A stretch of DNA of 64,000 nucleotides. Source: Macrostomum lignano. Its lineage: Eukaryota. Positions 12,961 to 32,200 of this stretch are shown here, piece by piece (position 1 is the stretch's first letter; every line of letters starts with the position of its first letter). The notes under the pieces are model-generated. The model worked only from the letters and a program-made list of their open reading frames with translations. It did not search any database and was not told where the DNA came from. Made by a program: the position numbers and the translations under genes. Location: contig NIVC01000001.1 in NCBI GenBank assembly GCA_002269645.1, positions 1,860,001-1,924,000 of the forward strand, given 5' to 3'.

Positions 12961-13525
12961 GATTGCAAGCCAATTCTGTCCGCAAATCGCGAGTTTGGGA
13001 ATTCATGTAAAAGCGAGATACAGGGGTCTCTACGAGCATAAGACCAATAACGAGTGCAAGCAGCTTCTCACAGAGCCCGCAGTGGCAGAGCAGCACGGTT
13101 GTCAAAGCAAACACAGAATCTGGCGCATTACTTTACTCACTTTAAGAAGTGGGTGTTGGTCGGAGATGGGTGACTGCATCTGCCCGCACAGTTGCCATGC
13201 TATAGTATAGTGTAGAGGTGGCGTGAGCTGCCTGTCTCGAGATGGAAATAATTGTGTGCTAAAAGAAGAAAGACAGCCAGAAAAGAAGTAAGTACAGTCG
13301 TAGTACATTGTGGAGTCGACCACACTGTTCATTGTTGAGAGCATCTGAGTGGGCCAGATTAAACTCCCGCTCTGCACATAGCTTTCTATTTATGCCATGC
13401 AGCAACTTGTTCCATTGCATGCTATCCTTGCACTGAGCATCTTGCTTGTATAATATGAGCATATATGTTGGTTGTTTAATAACTCTTGTGGCTTAAAAGA
13501 ATCTTACTAATCCACGCGGCCTCTA

Positions 13526-16500
13526 ATGGCCACTATCAGATTCAATGACCAGGATTACAGGGTAAGCAGCTTTAGCTATTGTAGTACATATAAATCACCA
13601 TCTTGATTGCCGACTTCATCATGTGCGATAGCGTCTTTGCGTGCACTTTTGGGTTAGTTATAGCTAGCTTGGAAATTCTGTGCTAGAAGAAGAAAGTTCA
13701 CTCCCTCACAAATATACTTTAGGGTTTGATTCCGCAGTAGTTTGGGGGCCAACCCTAAAATGTACAGAATGTGTACACTGACTGCAACAATGAGAAAGTC
13801 AGGGCACCCGCTGTACAGCATGTGTGAGCCCATGCTCAGGAGTCAGCAGAACGGGCATCACTGAATGCATTTGCCTCCTCACTCGCTACCCAATGCCAAA
13901 GCTAAAACTGCTCGTTTCACTCAACAGCGGCTGCACCGCGAGCTGATCCGCGAGCAGCGCAAGTTCGTCGACCCCACATTTCCGCCGGAAGCGTCCAGTC
14001 TGGACGCCAACAACCGCGGCTCAGACATCGAGTGGCGCCGTCCGACCGAGCTGGTCAGCAATCCACACCTGGTGGTTGACGGTGTCAGTGGCTCCGACGT
14101 GATGCAGGGCGAACGCGGCAACGCATGGTTCGTGACGGCCTCGGCCGCGCTGACCTCGAGGCCCGGGCAGCTCAACAGCGTGCTGCCCAACTGGACTCAG
14201 CAAGACTACGGCGATGATTTTCATCCGGGAATATTTCGCTTCTTGTTCAGCAGGCATGGCGGCCTCTACGAGGTTGTCATTGATGACCTGCTGCCGACGC
14301 GGAAAGGCCGTCTGGTCTACGCGCATTCCTGCGAGGAGAACGAGTTCTGGAGCGCTCTACTTGAGAAAGCCTACGCTAAGTCAGTTTTTGTTTAATGATC
14401 AAGGCGTTGCTTTTTATTGTCTGGAAATTCTACGCCCTCGAAACCCCACTAGCCCCAGCCCCTCTCAAACCCCACTAGCCCCAGCCCCTCTCAAACCCCA
14501 CTAGCCCCAGCCCCCTCTCAAACCCTACTAGCCCCAGCCCCCTCTCAAACCCCACTAGCCCCAGCCCCTCTCAAACCCCACTAGCCCCAGCCCCCTCTCA
14601 AACCCCACTAGCCCCAGCCCCCTCTCAAACCCCACTAGTCCCAGCCCCCTCTCAAACCCCACTAGTCCCAGCCCCCTCTCAAACCGCACTAGTCCCAGCC
14701 CCCTTTCAAACCCCACTAGCCCCAGTCCCCTCTCAAACCCCACTAGTCCCAGCCCCCTCTCAAACCACACTAGTCCCAGCCCCTCTCAAACCCCACTAGC
14801 CCCAGCCCCCTCTCAAACCCCACTAGCCCCAGCCCCCTCTCAAACCCTACTAGCCCCAGCCCCTCTCAAACCCCACTAGCCCCAGCCCCTCTCAAACCCC
14901 ACTAGCCCCAGCCCCCTCTCAAACCCCACTAGCCCCAGCCCCCTCTCAAACCCCACTAGCCCCAGCCCCCTCTCAAACCCCACTAGCCCCAGCCCCCTCT
15001 CAAACCCCACTAGTCCCAGCCCCCTCTCAAACCACACTAGTCCCAGCCCCCTTTCAAACCCCACTAGCCCCAGCCCCCTCTCAAACCTTACTAGCACCAT
15101 ACAGCCCCCCTCCCTCCCAAACCCTTACCAGCCGCAGCCACCTCAAGCACCTCCGGCCATTATTTTCCCAACACACCGCAATGCAACAGGATGCACGGAG
15201 ACTATGCCAGTCTCAGTCGAGGCCGCGTCGTAGACGCCCTGGCCAGTTTTGTTCGGGGCATCCCCGAGCACTGGGACTTGCGGAAGATGCGACAGCCTGG
15301 CGCTGAGAATGGGATAAATCCAGACAGTCCCGACGATCAGGCGCAGCTGGCTAAGCAATTTTACACTCATCTGAGCAGACGCTCTCTGATATTGTTCAGC
15401 TTGCAGGTAGGGGGACTGCGTAAATTATTCTCCTTCTCCATTGCCGCTACTATCTACTAACAGTAACAAACAAGTAACAAGAACAAATAACAGTAACAAA
15501 TAGTCTCTGGCCAAGTTCCGAGTACTCATACTCATACTCATAATCATAATCATAATCATAATCATAATCATAATCATAATCATACCCAAAATCGTAATCA
15601 TAATCATAATCATAATCATAATCATACTCATAATCACAGTCATAATCATATAATCATAATCATATTTCCGTAAGGACTGAGTCATCATTCTCAAACGCTC
15701 TAAAATTGAGAATTTTTGACCCCCCCCCCAAACAGCCAGACAACCGAACCACTCGCATGGGTGACTGGACCAAGGAGAGTCTCGTATACGGCCGAGGCTA
15801 CATCCTCACAGACATCCAGCAGACCAAGCTGAAGGACGGCAAGACCCCCGTGACGCTAATGAAGTTCCAGAATGCCTGGTTCGACATGGAGTGGACCGGA
15901 GCCTGGAGTGACGGGTATAAATAACTGTTCTCAACTTATTCCAGCTGACATATCCTGGTTGGCAACCAAACAAACTCTCATTTCAGCTCGCCAGAGTGGC
16001 GATCCGTTACTCTGGAGTTTAAGGACAAAATCGGGCTGGTGGACAGTAAAGACGGTATTTTCTGGTGAGCTTAACGACGAAATGACTAAAAAACTGCTCA
16101 CAAAGGGTTTTTGATATCTCTGGTTGGTGATATTTTGGGTTTGTAGTATTTCAGGTTTCTGATATTTCAGGTTTGTGATATTTTGGGTTGGTGATATTTC
16201 GGGTTGGTGATATTTCGGGTTGGTGATATTTCGGGTTTGTAGTATTTCAGGTTTGTGATATTTTGGGTTGGTGATATTTCGGGTTGGTGATATTTCAGGA
16301 TTTTGATATTTCGGGTTGGTGATATTTCAGGATTTTGATATTTCGGGTTAATGATATTTCGGGTTGGTGATATTTCGGGCTTGTGATATTTTGGGCTTGT
16401 GATATTTCGGGTCTGCTGTCTCTGACCCAAAGCCAAAGGATTTTGCTGTCAGAAGATCAACTCTTTAGGTCAAATGATTATCTGAAGGTCAACGCACCAT

Positions 16501-18772
16501 GACTACGATTGTATCGCGCCTGGAACTTCTCCCAGGATGAGCATCGGTGACGTCCTCAAGCAGTTCACGGATGTCGACATCTGCGTGGTCACCGCCGTTG
16601 GTAGCATCCGGTCTTGGCTAATTTACACCTTCCACAACGAGTGGACCGCCGAGCAGGTCGAAGGCGGCGGCGGCGGTGGCAGGCGGCGCAGCGTAGACTA
16701 CTCAGCTGGCGGCAGCTACGAGTACAAGGACACCTACGCCTCAAATCCGCAGTACCTGCTGAGCATACCCGGAGAAAATCCCAACAACGTGTCCTTCTAC
16801 CTGGAACAGGGCGACCCGTCAACCGCCTGCTTCGAGGACAGCCAGCTGGAGATCGGCATGGACCTGTTTCACATTGAAGTCAATCGGAAAAGTCGCATCA
16901 AAGCTGCGCCCCGCGAGGCCTGGCTGGCGCTTCGAGTCAAGCCGGAGAGGCAGCCGGGCGTGCTGATGAAGGCCAGACTCGAGCCTGGCAACTATTTGAT
17001 GATGCCGTGCACTAAGGAGCCTGGGCAGCAGCAGAACTTCACGCTTAGAGCATTCAGCCAGGACGACTATTCGATGACGTGAGGATAGAGAGAGGGATAA
17101 TAAAAGTGGGATAGAGAGTGGGATAGGAAATGGGGATAGGATTTGATTTAGATAGGGAGTGGGTTCGGGAGTATAATAAGCAGTGGGAGTGGAATAAGGA
17201 GTGGGATAGGGAGTGGGATAAGGTGGGATAAGGAGGGAATCGGAAAAGGACTGGGATAGGGAGTGGGATAGAAAATCTTACTTAATAAAGTTTTCTGCGA
17301 TACATATCGGCGCCATGAAACCCGCAGACTACTGCCAGATTTGGTGCCCCAACCCACGGGCACCTGCTCCTGCTGCGAATGGAATTTATTTGGCGTTACT
17401 CGCCTCATCGTCACCAAGGTGAAAGGCGTCAATTCCTACTTGAGAACGCAAGGTAGGGTGGTCATTGGGAATTCGTTCATTCAGACTTCTCCTAAATTTA
17501 TACTTTATGCGCATGATTAGCTACTTAATAAGTAGGGCTGAAAGAATATGATAAAATTCACACATACAGGCCTGCTCGCCAGTGTCCGGATTGACTGCGA
17601 AGCCTCAGACCTGGTGAACGCCCAGAGCGGATTCGTGTACGAAGACAAGAAAGAGAAGGACACGTTCTACGTGGACTTCAAAGTGCTGCTGTATAGACAC
17701 CAGCTGCTTGACCCCATAGATATTGAGGTGAGGACTGCGGTATTTTGTACACATTGTAGAGTGATGTAGTGCCACCTGTTAGATAGGTTAGTGTCACCTG
17801 TTAGATAGGGTAGTGTCACCTGTTAGATAGGGTAGTGTCACCTGTTAGATAGGGTAGTGTCACCTGTTAGATAGGGTAGTGTCACCTGTTAGATAGGGTA
17901 GTGTCACCTGTTAGATAGGGTAGTGTCACCTGTTAGATAGGGTAGTGTCACCTGTTAGATAGGTTAGTGTCACCTGTTAGATAGGATAGTGTCACCTGTT
18001 AGATATGGTAGTGTCACCTGTTAGATAGGGTAGTGTCACCTGTTAGATAGGGCAGTGTCACCTGTTAGATAGGGTAGTGTCACCTGTTAGATAGGGTAGT
18101 GTCACCTGCTATAGATAGCGTAGTGTCACCTGTTAGATAGGGTAGTGTCACCTGTTAGATAGGGTAGTGTCACCTGCTATAGATAGGGTAGTGTCACCTG
18201 TTAGATAGGGTAGTGTCACCTGTTAGATAGGGTAGTGTCACCTGCTATAGATAGGGTAGTGTCACCTGTTAGATAGGGTAGTGTCACCTGTTAGATAGGG
18301 TAGTGTCACCTGCTATAGATAGGGTAGTGTCACCTGTTAGATAGGGTAGTGTCACCTGTTAGATAGGGTAGTGTCACCTGCTATAGATAGGGTAGTGTCA
18401 CCTGTTAGATAGGGTAGTGTCACCTGTTAGATAGGGTAGTGTCACCTGTTAGATAGGGTAGTGTCACCTGCTATAGATAGGGTAGTGTCACCTGTTAGAT
18501 AGGGTAGTGTCACCTGGTTAGTCAGGTTTTAGCCAGTCTCAACAGAATGTGAGAATCAGAATGTCAGAACGTCAGAACTCAATCCGATCCCGCAGGTGTA
18601 CAGCCAATCGGCAATTTCGTTCACCAAAAAATTTGTGGGCACAGCGGCCATCATAGACAAAGACTGCGTTGAAGAGACCCCCAAGGAGGCGCTGCTGTCA
18701 CGCAACGGTAAACAGGTGCCTGTGAAGCTCTACTGCACTGTGCAGTCGGCCAGAGATATCGATTTCTTCTGA
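13526..18772 (+). CDS. CAPN5: Calpain-5/6 (Tra-3-type) family protein with CysPc, calpain domain III and C-terminal C2 domain; predicted catalytically inactive; 654 aa
   Basis: Nine exons: 13526-13561, 13928-14379, 15190-15406, 15736-15914, 15987-16064, 16536-17078, 17328-17452, 17570-17727, 18596-18772 (1965 nt, phases consistent, all GT-AG). Motifs FVDPTFPP, WRRP, QGERGNAWF, VVIDDLLP, EFWSALLEKAYAK, EWTGAWSD, DGIFWM, NPQY. The symbol denotes the family; orthology was not tested. Confidence 0.9.
14445..15100. repeat. 27-nt minisatellite (CCCCACTAGCCCCAGCCCCCTCTCAAA), calpain intron 2
   Basis: Tandem units; the GLGLVGFER 9-aa periodicity in the ORF track confirms period 27. Confidence 0.95.
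15520..15665. repeat. (ATCATA)n, calpain intron 3
   Basis: Direct reading. Confidence 0.9.
16100..16410. repeat. 16-nt minisatellite (GGGTTGGTGATATTTC), calpain intron 5
   Basis: Period 16 (16201, 16217). Confidence 0.9.
17085..17272. repeat. Degenerate purine-rich GGGATAGG(A)GT repeat, calpain intron 6
   Basis: Recurring GGGATA about every 10-20 nt. Confidence 0.7.
17770..18515. repeat. 22-nt minisatellite (GTGTCACCTGTTAGATAGGGTA), calpain intron 8
   Basis: Period 22, about 33 copies. Confidence 0.95.
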
Positions 18773-18954
18773 TTAAACGGACTGATGATGGAAACTTCTG
18801 CGCTGTGGCATTGATTTTATTTTTTATTTGGATAAACCTTAATAGGAACTTTATGAGCCGTAGAAACGAGAAAATACCAGGCAGCGCTGGTGCAATCTAC
18901 TTTTGCAATTTGGAAGGCATCATACCTTTGTTACCTTATTATTGTAAGGAACCT

Positions 18955-20540
18955 AGGGATAGACTTGTCAGACACCCATGGATAGACTTGTCAGACACCC
19001 AGGGATAGACTTGTCAGACACCCAGGGATAGACTTTTCAGACACCCAGGGATAGACTTGTCAGACACCCAGGGATAGACTTGTCAGACACCCAGGGATAG
19101 ACTTGTCAGACACCCAGGGGTAGACTGGTTAGATACCCAGGGATAGATTGGTCAGACACCCAGGGATAGATTTGTCAGACACCCAGGGATAGACTTGTCA
19201 GATACCCAAAGATAAACTGGTCAGGCACCCAAAGAGAAACTGGTCAGGCACACAAAGATAAACTGGTCAGGCACCCAAAGATAAACTGGTCAGGCACCCA
19301 AGAATAGACTGGTCAGACACCCAAGGGGTAGACTTGTCAGACACCCAGGGATAGACTTGTCAGACACCCAGGGGTAGACTGGTCAGACACCCAGGGATAG
19401 ACTTGTCAGACACCCAGGGGTAGACTGGTCAGACACCCAGGGATAGATTTGTCAGACACCCAGGGATAGACTTGTCAGATACCAAAAGATAAACTGGTCA
19501 GACACCCAGGGATAGACTTGTCAGACACCCAGGGATAGATTTGTCAGACACCCAGGGATAGACTTGTCAGACACCCTGGAATAAATTGGTCAGACTCTCA
19601 GGGATAGACTGGTCAGACACCCAGGGATAGACTTGTCAGACACACAGGGATAGATTGGTCAGACACCCAGGGATAGACTGGTCAGACACCCAAAGATAAA
19701 CTGGTCAGACACCCAAGAATAGACTGGTCAGACACCCAGGGATAGACTTGGTAGACTTGTCAGACACCCAGGGATAGACTTGTCAGACACCCAGGGATAG
19801 ACTTGTCAGACACCCAGGGATAGACTTTTCAGACACCCAGGGATAGACTGGTCAGACACCCAGGGATAGACTGGTCAGACACCCAGGGATAGACTTGTCA
19901 GACACCCAGGGGTTGACTGGTCAGACACCCAGGGATAGACTTGTCAGACACCCAGGGATAGACTTGTCAGACACCCAGGGATAGACTTGTCAGACACCCA
20001 GGGATAGACTTGTCAGACACCCAGGGATAGACTTGTCAGACACCCTGAAATAGATTGGTCAGACACCCAGGGATAGACTTGTCAGACACCCAGGGATAGA
20101 CTTGTCAGACACCCAGGGATAGACTTTTCAGACACCCAGGGATAGACTGGTCAGACACCCAGGGATAGACTGGTCAGACACCCAGGGATAGACTTGTCAG
20201 ACACCCAGGGATAGACTGGTCAGACACCCAGGGATAGACTTGTCAGACACCCAGGGATAGACTTGTCAGACACACAGGGATAGACTTGTCAGACACCCAG
20301 GGATAGACTTGTCAGACACCCTGGAATAGATTGGTCAGACACCCAGGGATAGACTTGTCAGACACCCAGGGATAGACTTGTCAGACACCCAGGGATAGAC
20401 TTGTCAGACACCCAGGGACAGACTGGTCAGACACCCTGGAATAGACTGGTCAGACACTCAGTGATAGACTGGTCAGACACCCAGGGATAGACTGGTCAGA
20501 CACCCAGGGATAGATTGGTCAGACACCCAGGGATAGATAG
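18955..20540. repeat. 23-nt minisatellite (CCCAGGGATAGACTTGTCAGACA) downstream of the calpain stop
   Basis: Period 23 (19021, 19044), about 1.6 kb long. Confidence 0.95.
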
Positions 20541-20804
20541 CCACAAATACAAGTTACCGCACGCATTAAAAATCACTAAACTTAACCGTCGCGTTTTTTG
20601 GCTTTAATTCCCCAGATTACACATACGTGTACGCGCTTGTATGATAGAAATGGAAAATATACCGCAATTTTCTTTGAGTGCTTTCACACAAGGACCATTA
20701 AAAGAAATGTACCTTCTAGTGGTCCTTGAGTGCACAGCTACTCTTTATATTGATTTTAAAATGTGTTCACCAGTGAACCCTAAATTAAATTCTAGAAAAG
20801 CAGA

Positions 20805-21012
<208 letters not shown>

Positions 21013-21260
21013 TTGGCAAGCAGATGGGCAGCCAGAAATTCATTATCTTCCCCAACCAATAGCAGGAGGCTCTGGTAAGGCCCTGTGGAACGAGTGATGA
21101 GGCCCGTCGCCCAGTGAAAACTTAAGCTACAGTTGAAGCAATGAAAGCTGGGCTGGCGTACTGCAGTCCATCATAAATCAGACTTGGCTCTCCTCCATGC
21201 CGTCCCCTCTGAGGTTGATCGAGGATTAAAGCGGGTTGGATCCCTGGCCCAGCCTCTAGC

Positions 21261-28351
<7,091 letters not shown>

Positions 28352-29257
28352 CGAAAAATTGCGTTTTACAATCATTCTCGTCAGTAGCTTTGTCGCCCGC
28401 CTGAATGTAGTGTGCGATTGTTCGGGCTGCCCATTTCGCTGACTCCAGAGTGATACAAGAACGCCTCAAATGAATGTGTGAGAGGCTATGGACGCGTTTA
28501 CCGAAGTTTGGGGAAGAGAACTTCGATTAGGGGTAATATATTCATGGTCACTATACAGGACTTTCTTAGAAATGAGCTTAGGCCGGTAAGGAACGGATAT
28601 GTTAATTGCCGTATTGCACATCGTCTCGTTTATGGCGAGACCTCATTCAGAGCAATGCATTCTCTCCAGCGATCATTTCTTAGAAAATCGAGTGTAACGT
28701 TCTTTGTACTCTAGTTATCCATGGTCGCCGTTCTGTGCTGTTATTTGTCATTTCGATGATGATTGTCTCAGTCGAAAGAATGTTTACTTATTTTTTATCA
28801 AAATGTCACAAATCATTCCTAAATTAATATCTTCTGTCTAGTGATGATTGCTCTGTAATTCTTGCTAGAGTATTTTAATTTGCTATGTACTAACAATGGA
28901 AATGTCATTCTGTCATTGTCTCTTCACGTGTTGTCCTATTTTCTATGATGGCAATGACGCTGTACGTATTTGTGTATGTTTTACATCAAAATACAGGCCT
29001 GTTTGTTCATAGCCTTTCAGTGTTACCATACAACAACAAAGTACTTCACCCGCCAGCCACGCAGTGGCCAGAAAGGGGGGAGAAGTCAGAGAGCGCGTCT
29101 CTGGGCCATAGCCCTCAGAAAGTCACACCCCCAGCTTCGTCCGGGGCGCCAGCATCGGTCAAAAGCCTGTCAGGATATCTCGCCGTTCGCCCCTTGGCCT
29201 CGCCTGCGCACCTGCAGGCTCAGGGCAGCGAGCCTCCGACCGGATGACGTGGCCAGC

Positions 29258-32200
29258 TGTAATTGCCTCGCAATATTATTATCAATTTGTTCTAAATAGG
29301 CGAGTGAGTTATATTATAAATGTACATCTTGTGTCGCATGAGTCATGTACGCCGTACGCGTAAAACCTCAAATATATATATCGCTAACCTGGCCAGTTAG
29401 GGCCCCATGCTTGATTTTCTCGCTCAGCTTAACACGCGGCCTTGAGACTTTACAGTGGCGTCGCAAGCAAGCCCACTTTGTCCAGTCACTCATGGCTCAA
29501 TTCATCTCACTGCCACCCCCTGAGCAATTCAGCACTAGTGCAGATCAACAGAATGCCGGTAAACGCTGGAACAAATGGTCCGATCATTTTTGTGACTTTA
29601 TCGAAGCGTCAGGCATCAAAGACGAAACTCAGAAGTGCAAGCTCCTGGCCTACACGGCCGGCAGAGAAATCGCGCAAATCATTAAAGACCTGCCAGATGA
29701 CAAGAAAGACAGCCTCGAAACTCTGCTCGCAGCAATAAAAGAGCACTTCAAGGAGCGCAACAACATCGTATTTGCCCGCTATCAGTTTCGTCTATGCGTT
29801 CAGCAAACCGGAGAGCCAGTGGACTCCTGGTACTCCCGACTCAACTCAGCGGCCGAGACATGCGAGTTCTCAGCACTCAAGGACTCCCTAATCAGAGATC
29901 AGATAGTGGCGACATGCTGCTCCGATAAACTTCGGCGAAGATTGCTGCAGGAGTCCAACATCTCTCTCGGCGATGCGTTGAGACAAGCGCGCGCGTTTGA
30001 AGCAGCAGAAGAGCAGGCCACGGCCATTGAGAACTCCAGTAGCATCGCAGCAGTGCACAGAGCGGCACCGAAGCAGTTCAGAGACAGCGGAACGCGCCCG
30101 AACAGTCAGCGGGTCCCTGGCGGCCAAGCAAACAGCGGCCCAACCAGCTGCTATCGATGCGGCGAACGCGGGCACAGCTCATGCAACGCGGCAAAAGGCA
30201 AAACCTGCCTGGCATGCGGCAAGCCAAACCATCTCGTCAAAGCATGCAGACAACGCAGGCCTCAAACAAGCTCCAGCATCAACGCCGTAGCGGACAAAGA
30301 AGCTGAGGAGGTCTTCATCGATCACGATTCGCTAAATGAGGAGGCCTTCACTATCCAGTCGCAAAAAACGGCACCTAGACGCAACTCCGCCAACACTAAT
30401 CTGAGGATCGAGGGCAAGGACTTCATCGTACTCGTGGATAGTGGAGCCAGTTGCAACGTCATGAGCGAGGAGAACTTCCGGCGGCTAAGAAATGTTCGAC
30501 TGCGCAGCGCCATCCATCCAATTTTCAGCTACGGGTCCACAACGCCTCTCCAAGTCCTGGGTGTCGCTGACCTCAACGTGAGCACCGCAGCTAGCAGACA
30601 ACTAGCTTCATTCTACATCACCAAAGGCTGTGGAACCACACTACTCGGTCGAGAAACCGCTTTCAACATGGGAATTCTGCACATCCAACATCCAACAGTT
30701 GAAGTCAACTCGGTGCAGCCCACGGAAAATCTAGCCGCATCAGGTATTCAAGAGCTGTTCTCCAAGTACAGAGATGTCGACCAAGATCTTCCAACCGAAC
30801 TCCGCATCAGCAGCATCCTTGGTGAGTTTCAGTCAATCTTCGAAGGCCTTGGCTGCGTTAAGGGCGTCGAGGTCGACGTTCGTCTTCGACCAGAAGCTGT
30901 CCCAGTCTGTCACCCACCCTCCAGAGTTCCCGTCCACCAGCGGTCGGCGGTCATCGCGGAACTTCAGGCTCTGCTCGACCAAGGAATCATCGAGCGCGTC
31001 AACGGCCCGTCACCGTGGGTCTCCCGCATGGTTGTCGTCCCGAAAGAAGGCGGTGGCATCCGCATCTGCCAAGACCTGCGCGACGTCAACTCATTTGCCG
31101 TGCCAGAAAAGCAGCCCATCCCAACCTTTGAAGAGATCACGGACGAAATGGCGGGTTCCACGGTATTCAGCGAGCTCGACATCGTAAAGGCTTTCCACCA
31201 AATTCTTGTCAAACCGGAATCCCGTCACGTCTTCACCTTCAGCACCCCACTGGGTCTCATGCGACTGACCAGACTCAGCATGGGATTCACCAACGCATCC
31301 GAGATATTGCAAAGGGTTATGACAGGCGTCCTGAGCGGCCTTGACGGTGTCCGATGGGCACACGATGACATCACCGTCTTTGCGAGCACGATGGAAGAGC
31401 ACAACATCCGACTAAAACAGTGCTTCAAGCGCCTACAAGACCATGGAATCACACTCAACCCGAACAAGTGTCGCCTGGCACAGCCTTTCATCGATTTTCT
31501 TGGTATGCGCATCAGCGCACGAGGCGTTCAGCCTGCAGCCGAGAAGATCAAGGCCGTCAAAGACTTTAAGGAGCCAACAAATGTGTCAGAGCTGCGCTCA
31601 TTCCTCGGTTTGGCCACCTACCTGTCCAGGTTCGTTCCGAACTTCTCAGATCTGACGCAGCCAATGCGAGAACTGTTAAAAAAAGGTCATAAATGGTGCT
31701 GGTCAGAAAGGCAACAAGAAGCATTCCTGCAAACAAGAGCAGCGATCTGCAAGGAGAGCGTCCTGGCCTTCTTTGACGTGAATCTCCCAACAGAAGTTCA
31801 TGTGGACGCCTCACCAGTCGGCCTGGGTGCCATTCTCAGCCAGGTGGATGAGAAAGGCGTTCGCAAACCGGTCGCCTTCGCCAGCAGGTCGCTCACGCCA
31901 GTTGAGCAGCGATACGCCCAAATTGAACGCGAGGCGCTTGCGGTGAAATTCGGGTGCCTACGTTTCGAGCACTACCTCAGCGGCTGCCCAGATCTCACAG
32001 TCATCACGGATCACCGCCCATTAGTCCCGCTTTTTCAACCTGGTTCCAGGCCTCCACCAAGGATTGAACGGATGGCTTTAAGAGTGCAGCACCTCAAATT
32101 CAAGCTCATCTATCAGCCGGGGCCACAGAATCCAGCGGATGTCCTCAGTAGACAACCTGAAATGCAGACAAAGGACAACCCCGGGGAACTCCTGGACAGA

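Noticed and set aside
13200-13292. Exon-like segment ending in a GTAAGT donor upstream of the calpain ATG
   Set aside because: No recognisable homology or start; it may be a 5' UTR exon but cannot be supported.
29345-29491. ORF-track start of gag-pol at 29345
   Set aside because: It lies inside the 5' LTR and the same ATG recurs in the 3' LTR (ORF 33714); the likely start is 29492.
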